A stretch of 41,905 nt of DNA from Bacteroidales bacterium (lineage in GTDB: Bacteria > Bacteroidota > Bacteroidia > Bacteroidales > Prolixibacteraceae). The notes beneath the pieces were generated by a model. That model ran no database searches, was not told where the DNA came from, and saw only the letters and a list, made by a program, of their open reading frames with translations. The stretch is from assembly GCA_038325635.1 (NCBI GenBank), contig JBBQJE010000001.1, positions 1 through 41,905 on the forward strand, read 5' to 3'. Position numbers and translations under genes: made by a program. Shown in pieces: positions 33,875 to 41,905 of the stretch (the first letter of the stretch is position 1; every line of letters begins with the position of its first letter).

Positions 33875-36346
33875 ATGAAAGTTACTTGTTCAAATCTGCA
33901 ACCATCGCTCTACAAAAGAATTTATGGTTTTCATTTTATAATCCTGCTCTTCCTGTTTGCATTCTCGTCCGAGCAGCTCTCCGCTCAAATAAGTTTGCAA
34001 GGGAAAGTTGTTACAAAAGGAGGTGAAACGCTGCCTGGCGCGACCATCCGGATCGATAATCAGAAAAAAATTTTGGCGACAGATAGCAAAGGGCAGTTTT
34101 TAGTGGATGGCATTACAGATGATAATTGTCAATTGGAAGTTACCTATGTCGGCTACCATTCTTATAAGTCGAAACTCCATTTAAATCAGGGAATTAACCG
34201 GGTGATCGTTACTATGGAAGCTGCCGATATTCTGACAGAAGATGTTATAGTTTCGGCAACCAGAGCCGGGAGCAAGACTCCGATGGCTTATACCACGATC
34301 GATGTCAGTAAGCAACCGGAAAAATACACCGGTCAGGATTTGCCTTATCTGCTCAGCATGACTCCTTCGTTGGTGACAACTTCCGATGCGGGAACAGGAA
34401 TTGGGTACACCAATTTCAGGATACGGGGTAGTGATGCCAATCGGATAAATATGACTGTCAACGGCATTCCTCTCAACGATGCAGAATCTCATACCGTCTA
34501 TTTCGTCGATCTTCCGGACTTTGCTTCCTCCACGCAAAACATTCAGGTTCAGCGAGGTGTTGGAAGTTCAACAAACGGAGCAGGCGCTTTTGGAGGCACT
34601 GTCAATGTACAAACCAGCAATCTGAATCAGAAAGCTTATGCAGGTTGGAATACGGCGGCAGGCAGCTTCAGCACCCTGAAAAATACGCTAAATGTTGGCT
34701 CAGGATTGCTCGGAGGTAAATTTATTCTGGAGGCACGGCTATCCAAAATTAATTCTGATGGTTATGTCGATCGTGCCTCCAGCGATCTACGATCTGCCTA
34801 CCTAACTGCAGCGTATATCACCGAAAAGACCATGTTAAAAGCGATCTTTTTTACCGGAAAAGAAAAAACGTACCAGTCGTGGTACGGGGTTCCGTCCTCC
34901 ATGCTCCAAAGTAATAGGACTTATAATCCGGCAGGGATCATCAACGGACCTAATGGCCAAGTCACCTTTTATGATAACGAAACCGATAATTATCAACAAG
35001 ATCATTACCAGCTTCACTATACACGTCAGTTTAACAATAGATTAAGTGCAAATTTTTCTCTTCATTATACCTACGGTAGAGGATATTACGAAGAATACAG
35101 GCAGAATCAAACGCTTGCTGATTATCTCATTAAGCCGATCGTTGTCAATGGTATCACCATCAATGAAGCAGACTTGATTCGCCGAAAATGGCTCGACAAT
35201 GATTTTTACGGAGCAGTTGGCTCGATGAGTTACAAAGTCGAAAAAACAGCTATTATCATTGGATCTGCGTGGAATACCTATTCAGGTGCCAATTTTGGAA
35301 AAGTAATCAGTAATGTAACATTAAATCAATATGTTGGAAATTTGCCGATGGATCATGAGTGGTACAGATCGAATGGTGAAAAAATCGATTTCAATCTATT
35401 TGCCAAAATAAATTATCAACTTTCATCCAGGTTATCCATTTATGCCGACGTTCAATACCGCCACATTGATTACAAGATTGATGGAGTTGACGACAAGCTA
35501 AGAGATCTAACACAAGCACATTTGTTCGATTTTTTTAATCCAAAAACAGGAGTCTTTTATACACTGAATAGTCGTCAAAGCCTTTATTTCTCTTACGGGA
35601 ATGCCCATAGAGAACCTAATCGAAGCAATTACACGGATGCCGATCCAGCGAAACCAGCACCAACCCAGGAAAAATTACATGATTTTGAATTGGGTTACAA
35701 GGGAGCATTTGGAAAATATACCATGGAAATCAATCTCTATCGGATGATTTATCGTGATCAATTGATACTGACCGGTCGGATTAACGATGTTGGTTCGGCC
35801 ATTATGACCAATGTGGCTAAAAGTTACAGAATGGGCTTCGAATACACCGGCAAATTAACGCTGGCGAAGAATCTCGCCTGGGAGCATCATGCGACTCTTA
35901 GCAGAAATAAGATCAATGGATTCGTTGAATATGTCGACGACTGGGAAAATTGGGGCACTCAAATTACGCATAATCTAGGCACAACAGACATCGCCTTTTC
36001 GCCTACCCTGGTGGCTGGCAGTACAATAGCATGGAAAACAACAAAGAATCTGAATATTAATTTGCAGTCAACCTATGTTAGTCGGCAATACCTGGATAAT
36101 ACCTCCAGCACCGACCGTTCGTTAAATCCGTATTTTGTCAGTAGCTTAAAAATTGACTACACACTTCCACAAAAATTGGTAAAAAAATGGGCCTTTTATG
36201 CCTCCATCAACAATTTGTTTAATGAGAAGTATGAGTCCAATGGATGGGTATATTCCTATTATTCAGAAGGTTCCAGGCAAAAGGAGGATGGCTATTTTCC
36301 GCAGGCAGGAATTAGTTATCTTCTGGGTATGTCGATCGAATTTTAA
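33875..36346 (+). CDS. TonB-dependent outer-membrane receptor (probable thiamine-related uptake)
   Basis: About 823 aa from ATG 33875 (the track starts at TTG 33866). It has a signal peptide, a carboxypeptidase-regulatory-like domain (GKVVTKGGETLPGATI), a plug domain (IRGS...NRINMTVNGIPLND) and a beta-barrel ending in an aromatic residue (SIEF). A TPP riboswitch lies directly upstream. Confidence 0.9.
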   Translation: MKVTCSNLQPSLYKRIYGFHFIILLFLFAFSSEQLSAQISLQGKVVTKGGETLPGATIRIDNQKKILATDSKGQFLVDGITDDNCQLEVTYVGYHSYKSKLHLNQGINRVIVTMEAADILTEDVIVSATRAGSKTPMAYTTIDVSKQPEKYTGQDLPYLLSMTPSLVTTSDAGTGIGYTNFRIRGSDANRINMTVNGIPLNDAESHTVYFVDLPDFASSTQNIQVQRGVGSSTNGAGAFGGTVNVQTSNLNQKAYAGWNTAAGSFSTLKNTLNVGSGLLGGKFILEARLSKINSDGYVDRASSDLRSAYLTAAYITEKTMLKAIFFTGKEKTYQSWYGVPSSMLQSNRTYNPAGIINGPNGQVTFYDNETDNYQQDHYQLHYTRQFNNRLSANFSLHYTYGRGYYEEYRQNQTLADYLIKPIVVNGITINEADLIRRKWLDNDFYGAVGSMSYKVEKTAIIIGSAWNTYSGANFGKVISNVTLNQYVGNLPMDHEWYRSNGEKIDFNLFAKINYQLSSRLSIYADVQYRHIDYKIDGVDDKLRDLTQAHLFDFFNPKTGVFYTLNSRQSLYFSYGNAHREPNRSNYTDADPAKPAPTQEKLHDFELGYKGAFGKYTMEINLYRMIYRDQLILTGRINDVGSAIMTNVAKSYRMGFEYTGKLTLAKNLAWEHHATLSRNKINGFVEYVDDWENWGTQITHNLGTTDIAFSPTLVAGSTIAWKTTKNLNINLQSTYVSRQYLDNTSSTDRSLNPYFVSSLKIDYTLPQKLVKKWAFYASINNLFNEKYESNGWVYSYYSEGSRQKEDGYFPQAGISYLLGMSIEF

Positions 36347-36549
36347 TTTTTTTCGATCTCTTTTAATATTTTTTCTATCTCCATTTCGGTGTTATGGAGC
36401 TTCTCCCGGCAATAAGAAACAAGGGATGATAGCCGTTTTACCTTTTCAGATAGTTGATCTACATCCGGTTCGTCGTTTTCAATTTGCTGAAGAATTTCTT
36501 CAATCTCGGTGATAGCTTCTTTATAAGATAGCGCTTTTTTAATGTTCAT
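36343..36549 (-). CDS. xseB: exodeoxyribonuclease VII small subunit
   Basis: 68 aa. The SYKEAITEIEEILQQIEN...VDQL pattern is typical of XseB. It overlaps the xseA end by 11 nt. Confidence 0.85.
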   Translation of the reverse strand: MNIKKALSYKEAITEIEEILQQIENDEPDVDQLSEKVKRLSSLVSYCREKLHNTEMEIEKILKEIEKN

Positions 36550-37999
36550 TTTTATCTGATATTACTATTTCTATTACTTTACTATAGATCGCACCTTCAA
36601 AAAATAGTGTTTTTAATTGTTCGTCATTTTTCAGCAGAGTAAGATCCTTAACCAGCCTACCCTGAGAAGTGGTGATCGAATATCCCCTCTTTAAAATCGT
36701 ATCCGGATCGGACAACATTCCCTTTTGCTCTGCAATTTCAATTCTATGTTTTTCATTCTCTATCTTTCTCTGTGCAATTCGTCTGAATTTCTCTAGGTAT
36801 CCTTCCAATTGCTGCTTTTTATTAAAAATCCCTTTGTAGACGGTAACATCCAGTAGATTTTGAGCATGGATTATTTTCTGTTGGCGGATAAAAAGATAAT
36901 GATCGACAAGAAATCCTATCTTTTGAAGTTTTTTAGCCAATTGATGCTCTTTGCCTTGTAAGGTCAGTTTGATCTCCTGCTGAAATTTCCAGGTAAGTTC
37001 CATCAATTCATTTTTCTCATTTCCCAGCAGACTTCTCACTAAAGTGACAATCTCACCGGTCAGATCTTCCAACCGGCTATTTTCTCCCTCCATCCGATTC
37101 TCGACAAGCTCTATCGCTTCCTGCTGCAACAGGTTAATCCGCTCCTCAAATGCGGAGGCTCCTTCAATAATAAATTCAGCAACTGCCGTTGGAGTCTTCA
37201 ACCTGGTATGAGCGACCAGATCGACGATAGAATCATCCTTTTCGTGACCTATCCCAGTGAGTACCGGCAATGGAAACTGTGTGACATGGTAGGCGACCTT
37301 GTAATTATCGAAGCAACTCAAATCGACCTGAGATCCTCCTCCCCGAATGATAACCACAACATCAAAAAAATTCTCATAGGGGTAGATTCGGTCCAACGCA
37401 TCCACAATAGATTGTTCTGCCTGGTTTCCCTGCATGATCGCCGGGAAGAGGTGGGTATAAAAATGAATTCCTTCTGAATTTTTGGTGAGCTGCTCCATAA
37501 AATCTTCGTATCCGGCAGCCGTTGGGGAGGAGATTATGGCGATTTTCTGAGGTACCAAAGGGAGTTCCAGTTCCTTGTTCATGGTAATAACACCCTCATC
37601 TGTAAGTCTTTTGATAATCTCTCTTCGCTTTCTTGCCTGATCGCCCAAGGTATAGGTTGGATCAATGTTCCGGACGTTCAAGGAGAATCCGTAAAGTTCG
37701 TGAAACTCGACAGAAACCTGCAAAAGAACCTTGATGCCATCGGTAAGCTGCTGGCCGGTAGTCGTTTCAAAAAAAGGACGGAGCATTCGGAAAGTGTATG
37801 ACCAGATCGTGGCCCGTGCCTGTGCCACAATGCGATCTTCTGATTCACCTTTCTCAATCAGTGTAAGATAGCAATGCCCATTGGAGTGAACGTTGATCTC
37901 TGAGATCTCTCCGATCACCCAAACTGGTGCATTAAAATTAGCGGAGAGAACTTTTTTAACCTCGCCGTTGAGTTCCGACAAACTAAACCTATCCTTCAT
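36539..37999 (-). CDS. xseA: exodeoxyribonuclease VII large subunit
   Basis: An OB-fold N-terminus (SLSELNGEVKKVL...VWVIGEISE...HCYLTL) is followed by a catalytic core (IRGGGS, GIGHEKD) and a long coiled coil. I prefer ATG 37999 over the tracked 38056. Confidence 0.9.
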   Translation of the reverse strand: MKDRFSLSELNGEVKKVLSANFNAPVWVIGEISEINVHSNGHCYLTLIEKGESEDRIVAQARATIWSYTFRMLRPFFETTTGQQLTDGIKVLLQVSVEFHELYGFSLNVRNIDPTYTLGDQARKRREIIKRLTDEGVITMNKELELPLVPQKIAIISSPTAAGYEDFMEQLTKNSEGIHFYTHLFPAIMQGNQAEQSIVDALDRIYPYENFFDVVVIIRGGGSQVDLSCFDNYKVAYHVTQFPLPVLTGIGHEKDDSIVDLVAHTRLKTPTAVAEFIIEGASAFEERINLLQQEAIELVENRMEGENSRLEDLTGEIVTLVRSLLGNEKNELMELTWKFQQEIKLTLQGKEHQLAKKLQKIGFLVDHYLFIRQQKIIHAQNLLDVTVYKGIFNKKQQLEGYLEKFRRIAQRKIENEKHRIEIAEQKGMLSDPDTILKRGYSITTSQGRLVKDLTLLKNDEQLKTLFFEGAIYSKVIEIVISDKNEH

Positions 38000-38128
38000 T
38001 CTTCCAAAGTTAACAACTAATTGAAAACTTACAATTGCAGGTTGAAAGTATCGCATAAAGTGGTATTACAGGTTGCTCAAACATGCATCTTTTTACCTAT
38101 TTTTGGCAAAAAAGAGCGATTAATTACC

Positions 38129-39196
38129 ATGAAGTCAGGAAAGATTACCAGAGTGCAGTTTATTAAAAACCTACTACCGTTTCTGTTGGCGTTAGGTACT
38201 TTCTATGTAGTCGAAACAGGGGCAAACCACCCTGAGTCGATAGAAAGAATCTATTCCAGAGGCCTTTATCCGTATGTCGCTTCAGTCCTTTCTGCTTTTA
38301 GCAACCTATTTTCCTTTTCAGTTTGGGATGTATATTGGTCGCTCGTGGTTCTGGTCATTTTGTACGCTCTTTTTCTATTTGTGACCCGGAAACTACGAAT
38401 ATGGAATGTCCTCCTCCGAACGCTGCAATTTGCGGCTATTCTTTATACTTTTTTCTACCTTTCCTGGGGGTTTAATTACTTCCGGCAGCCCATAGAAAAA
38501 AGGCTCAATTGGACCCGGCATATCGAAAAAGTGGATATGTTTCCTGCCGTTTTGGATACCTTAATTTCCAATGCAAACAATAGCAGAGTGGAGTTCACAG
38601 AAAAAGACTATCCGATTATTGACAGCTTAATTGAACAATCCTACCGGAATAATGCAGCCTATTTTGGATATACTTACCCCAATGGCAGCAGAAAACCCAA
38701 AACAATGCTCTATACCTGGTTTTTTGCCAAATCAGGAGTGAGCGGTTATTTCGGACCATTTTTCAACGAGGTACATGTCAACGGTGAACTATTGCCGACA
38801 GAATATCCTTTTGTTCTGGCACATGAAAAAGCGCATCAATTTGGAATCTCGGGTGAAGCAGAAGCGAATTTTATGGCATGGTATATCTGCAATTCGAGCA
38901 TGGACAACCGATTAAAATATTCGGCTAACATCCAGTTGCTTCAATACTTTTTGGGAGATCCGTTTCATCATGATGCGATCAAAGAATACCTGAAACGCTT
39001 CGATAAAAGAGCCATGGCCGACATCATGAAACAGCGAAATCATTGGAAAGAACTGCGCAATGAAACGATAGACAAGGCACAAACGGCCGCCAACAATGCC
39101 TACCTTAAAACCAATAAGATTCACGAAGGTATGATGAATTACAACAGTGTCGTCAGGCTGGCAATTGAATGGTATCTCAATGATTTTCAACGATAA
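38129..39196 (+). CDS. DUF3810-like membrane protein with an HExxH zinc-protease motif
   Basis: Starts at ATG 38129 (MKSGKITRVQF). It has N-terminal TM helices and LAHEKAHQ (HExxH). The overall layout resembles Bacteroidota DUF3810. Confidence 0.65.
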   Translation: MKSGKITRVQFIKNLLPFLLALGTFYVVETGANHPESIERIYSRGLYPYVASVLSAFSNLFSFSVWDVYWSLVVLVILYALFLFVTRKLRIWNVLLRTLQFAAILYTFFYLSWGFNYFRQPIEKRLNWTRHIEKVDMFPAVLDTLISNANNSRVEFTEKDYPIIDSLIEQSYRNNAAYFGYTYPNGSRKPKTMLYTWFFAKSGVSGYFGPFFNEVHVNGELLPTEYPFVLAHEKAHQFGISGEAEANFMAWYICNSSMDNRLKYSANIQLLQYFLGDPFHHDAIKEYLKRFDKRAMADIMKQRNHWKELRNETIDKAQTAANNAYLKTNKIHEGMMNYNSVVRLAIEWYLNDFQR

Positions 39197-39220
39197 CTAT
39201 CAGGTATTTCAGCCATGAAA

Positions 39221-39997
39221 TTAAGGCATGCCGGAGTCATTTACTTTGGGCTCTGCGATCTTTCCTTTGAGGTTGTCATATTTTTTAAACTCCTTTAACT
39301 GCATGGAATCGAGCACCCCACTGTTGAGAATATCACCTTTAGAATATTTTATTTGATATTTGAGCTTTCCGTCTTTATCAAAGACTTTCCAGTCACCGTC
39401 TGAAAGATCATTCGTATAAAATCCTTCCATAGAGACCACTCCATCCTGATCATAAAACAGGGCAGGTCCATTTTTTATACCAACCAAATATGTAATCTCA
39501 TTCCGTTTTAGCCCTGTTGGATAATATTCTGTTGATTTCCCGTCGAGTTCATCGTTTTTCCACTCTTTTTCCCACAAAACTTTTCCATATTGATCGAATC
39601 CTGTTGATTTGCCCTCTTTTTTGCCCAAAAGATAGTTTTCAATCAGGATCACCTTCTCACCACTGTAAAAATTCCATGTGCTATCGCGCAAAGTGCCTTC
39701 AAAAACTCCTTTTGCATAGAGACTGCCCTCAACATCAAACAAGGATGTGAAGACCCTGTCTGATTTCGATCGATAAACCATCAACGCCTTAACTTTGCCG
39801 TTTTCGTGGTATCTTTTCCATTCTCCTACGGGCTTGTCATTGAAGAAGTTGCCTTCATATTTTAAGGTGCCGCCAGGATATTTGTTCGTCCACCTTCCTT
39901 GTTTCATTCCTTTGGAATCTGTCTTGTTAGCAGCTTCCTGTGAAAAGGCCAAAAAGGAGACAGCGCAGAGCAGAATGAGTAGTACTACATTTCTCAT
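39221..39997 (-). CDS. MORN-repeat-variant / YwqK-family protein, secreted
   Basis: 258 aa with a signal peptide. It has repeated G.W..Y..(N/D)GK units (GEWKRYHENGK, GDWKVFDKDGK). Confidence 0.75.
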   Translation of the reverse strand: MRNVVLLILLCAVSFLAFSQEAANKTDSKGMKQGRWTNKYPGGTLKYEGNFFNDKPVGEWKRYHENGKVKALMVYRSKSDRVFTSLFDVEGSLYAKGVFEGTLRDSTWNFYSGEKVILIENYLLGKKEGKSTGFDQYGKVLWEKEWKNDELDGKSTEYYPTGLKRNEITYLVGIKNGPALFYDQDGVVSMEGFYTNDLSDGDWKVFDKDGKLKYQIKYSKGDILNSGVLDSMQLKEFKKYDNLKGKIAEPKVNDSGMP

Positions 39998-40013
39998 AGC
40001 AATAGACTTTCAA

Positions 40014-40021
40014 CAAAGGTA
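40014..40021 (-). promoter_or_regulatory. candidate -7 promoter element for the MORN-repeat gene
   Basis: The minus strand reads TACCTTTG (TAnnTTTG), 16 nt upstream of the ATG at 39997. Confidence 0.3.
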
Positions 40022-40080
40022 TAGAATTCTTCTACTATCAACTTAATTTAATTTAAATTTAGCACTTAAAATTCTGACAA

Positions 40081-41361
40081 TTGAAAGCTTTAAAATCCAT
40101 AATTTTCATACTGCTGCTGGCCGTTTCAACAAACCGGATTTCGGTTGCAGCGACCATCCAGAGAGGAGAATCATTATCCTACACTGATCCAAAAATCCAT
40201 ACGGTTTTATTTTTTACGGAAGGATGGGAGTTTTCGTTGCCGGTATTAGAGCTTGGGAGTTCACAAAGGCTGATTTTCAAATTTGATGAGCTTTCCAGGG
40301 AACCTAAAACCTATAACTATTCGCTCGTTCATTGTGATGCGGATTGGAATCCATCCCGGGTAGTCACTTCTGAATACCTTGAAGGGTTCCCTGAAAATCC
40401 CATCAATGACTATGCCTTTTCTATAAATACAACCATTCCATTTGTCAACTACAGGCTCATTCTACCAAATGAAAATGTAAAAATTTTATTATCAGGTAAT
40501 TACCTTTTAAAAGTCTGGGAGAATAGCAACAAAGACAAGCCAATTCTCATCCGTCCTTTTTATGTCGCAGAAAAGCAGGTTGAGATATCCGGCGAAGTCC
40601 AAAAGGCAACCTACGAAGGATACAATGGAGAAAGCCAGCAGTTGGCTTTTGCCGTTAACTATCCAAAATTCACGATAACAGATCCTTTGAATGAAATCAA
40701 GACCGTGGTAATACAAAATTTACGTTTAAACAATCAACTTTCCCGAATGAAACCAACTTTTATCCGGCAAAATCAGTTGGTATATGAAGAGAAGGTCAAT
40801 CTGTTTAAAGGAGGAAATGAATTCCGAAATTTCAATGCCAAGAATCTGCAAACCAATGGGATGGGTGTCCAGTCGATTGAATATCGAGATCCGTTATACC
40901 ACCTATTTCTGTTCCCGGACCAATCCTTTCGTACTGAAATTTTTCGTTCCCGGGATGATTTAAACGGAAGCTATCTGGTAAAAAATGACCGTGCAGCAGA
41001 TAGTGATCTTGAATCAGATTACATCAATGTGCACTTCTCTTTTGTCCCGCCAGACCAGGTAACGAACGACGAGATCTATGTTTTTGGTGCCCTCTCCGAT
41101 TGGCAATGCACACCCAAAAATCAGATGACCTTTAATACGGCAACTAAGCTATATGAGGCCTCCATCCTGCTCAAACAGGGGTTTTATGATTATCAATATG
41201 TGGTTTTCAATCAAGAAAAGCAGGCAATCGATGCCTGTTTTTTGGAAGGAAGTCATGTAGAAACGGAGAATGATTACCGTATTTTTGTTTATTACCGCGG
41301 ATTTTCATCGAGGTATGACCGGCTGATCGGATATAGGGTGGTAAATTCGGTGAAGCGTTGA
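40081..41361 (+). CDS. DUF5103-like / type IX secretion plug-domain-like protein (tentative)
   Basis: 426 aa with a signal peptide. The only available start is TTG 40081, because an in-frame TGA lies two codons upstream. The motifs IHTVLFF...LELGSSQRLIFKFDEL...YSLVHCDADWNPS recall the DUF5103 family as I remember it. Confidence 0.5.
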   Translation: MKALKSIIFILLLAVSTNRISVAATIQRGESLSYTDPKIHTVLFFTEGWEFSLPVLELGSSQRLIFKFDELSREPKTYNYSLVHCDADWNPSRVVTSEYLEGFPENPINDYAFSINTTIPFVNYRLILPNENVKILLSGNYLLKVWENSNKDKPILIRPFYVAEKQVEISGEVQKATYEGYNGESQQLAFAVNYPKFTITDPLNEIKTVVIQNLRLNNQLSRMKPTFIRQNQLVYEEKVNLFKGGNEFRNFNAKNLQTNGMGVQSIEYRDPLYHLFLFPDQSFRTEIFRSRDDLNGSYLVKNDRAADSDLESDYINVHFSFVPPDQVTNDEIYVFGALSDWQCTPKNQMTFNTATKLYEASILLKQGFYDYQYVVFNQEKQAIDACFLEGSHVETENDYRIFVYYRGFSSRYDRLIGYRVVNSVKR

Positions 41362-41420
41362 GTAGTAGAGATGCATCGTCATGCGGATGTAGAAGAGACG
41401 CATAATCATGCGTCTCTACC
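41362..41420. repeat. degenerate tandem REP-like hairpins of the GTAGAGACGCAT family
   Basis: The unit agagacgcat-aatc-atgcgtctct (41394-41417) is flanked by gta/tac. It is preceded by a decayed copy, gtagagatgcatcgtcatgcggatgtag. It lies between the convergent ends of the DUF5103-like and PepSY-like genes. Confidence 0.6.
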
Positions 41421-41449
41421 ACCATTTCGTCGATCAGATCCGGATGGTA

Positions 41450-41905
41450 CTATTTTTCATCCTTTTCTTTCTCCTCTTTCTCCTCTTTAAGAGGTGACTT
41501 TGATAGCAGCTTTCCGTTTGCATCAAACTCAATAGCCAACTTATCTTTACCCTTTACTGCTTCCATTTCGAACGCCACAACGCCTTTGGCATCAGTTGCC
41601 TTTGTTATCTCGTCCAATTTGTAACCGGCAAAATCCTTAGCGATTGTAGCTTTAACTTCTTGCGGAAGTTCGTTTGCCTTAATCTCCATCTCCGTTTCGA
41701 TCAGATTCCCCTTTGCATCGACCAGGGCAGACTGTTCAATTTTGTTCAGCATAAAATCCACTTCAAATTCTCCAGGCTTTTCGATGCTCCATTTAACTTT
41801 CTGAGCTGCAGGAAATTTAGTAGCAAAGCCGGATTTTGCTTCTGCAGGGATTTTTTCTTCTTTGGTTTTCTGAGCGGAAACGCTTATGACAAGAGCCAAA
41901 CCAAC
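41450..41905 (-). CDS. PepSY-like (DUF2874, beta-lactamase-inhibitor-like) periplasmic protein, N-terminus cut by the window edge
   Basis: Two KFPAA..V.W..E...FEV-type repeats and a KE-rich tail. The reading frame stays open to position 41905 (..VGLALVISVSAQ is a signal-peptide end). Confidence 0.6.
   Translation of the reverse strand, partial: VGLALVISVSAQKTKEEKIPAEAKSGFATKFPAAQKVKWSIEKPGEFEVDFMLNKIEQSALVDAKGNLIETEMEIKANELPQEVKATIAKDFAGYKLDEITKATDAKGVVAFEMEAVKGKDKLAIEFDANGKLLSKSPLKEEKEEKEKDEK

Noticed and set aside
33790-34026. 78-aa ORF starting at the end of the TPP aptamer
   Set aside because: It overlaps the riboswitch expression platform and the TonB receptor signal-peptide region in another frame. 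The product has no features.
41207-41425. 72-aa minus-strand ORF reading through the REP-like hairpins
   Set aside because: It is a translation of palindromic repeat DNA (..DASLL.. pseudo-peptide), and it overlaps the 3' end of the DUF5103-like gene.
1-41905. Search for mobile elements, prophage or defence islands (integrases, transposases, restriction-modification or cyclic-nucleotide systems)
   Set aside because: No ORF on either strand shows integrase, transposase, RM, Cas, CBASS, Thoeris or retron-type motifs. The only toxin-like gene is the VapC PIN protein. The RecD-like helicase sits in a conserved housekeeping context (DUF3822-rsmD) with no nuclease or methylase partner.

Overview
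This 41.9-kb segment looks like a Bacteroidota chromosome. The evidence is TAnnTTTG-type promoter motifs, TonB-dependent, T9SS-plug-like, DUF3822 and DUF3810 genes, and AT-rich intergenic DNA. All family calls come from reading the translations and motifs by eye; no database search was run. I support about 40 protein genes, two identical tandem tRNA-Asp(GTC) genes, one TPP riboswitch, several hairpin terminators and three palindromic or REP-like elements. I saw no CRISPR array, transposase, integrase or phage genes. Most genes are housekeeping: cysE, pnuC plus a NadR-type kinase, an S41 peptidase, rsmD, a RecD-like helicase, rnz, rpsA, rfbD, a phosphosugar mutase, guaA, galM and xseAB. The most unusual region is a co-directional 10.6-kb cluster at 12806-23428. 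It begins with a DUF47/PhoU-like gene. The next gene encodes a PiT-family phosphate-transporter domain in which both signature aspartates are replaced (GANGAAN and GANNIAN instead of GANDxxN). That domain is fused through an extra TM helix and a coiled coil to a LuxR/GerE-type HTH. Downstream lie a phosphate-selective porin, a lamin-tail-domain lipoprotein, an SdiA-regulated-type beta-propeller lipoprotein, a degenerate CYTH-like plus canonical CYTH pair, a DASS/SLC13 permease and an uncharacterised membrane protein. Upstream lie three direct repeats with a TACCTCT core. I interpret this as a candidate, apparently undescribed, phosphate-sensing 'transceptor' regulator with its regulon. Other notable items: an acyl-CoA ligase gene interrupted by one in-frame TAA; a perfect 76-nt palindrome immediately upstream of the TPP riboswitch and TonB receptor; nested GTAGAGACGC palindromes at two convergent gene ends; and a GC-rich structured island in a small VapBC/phosphoesterase islet.
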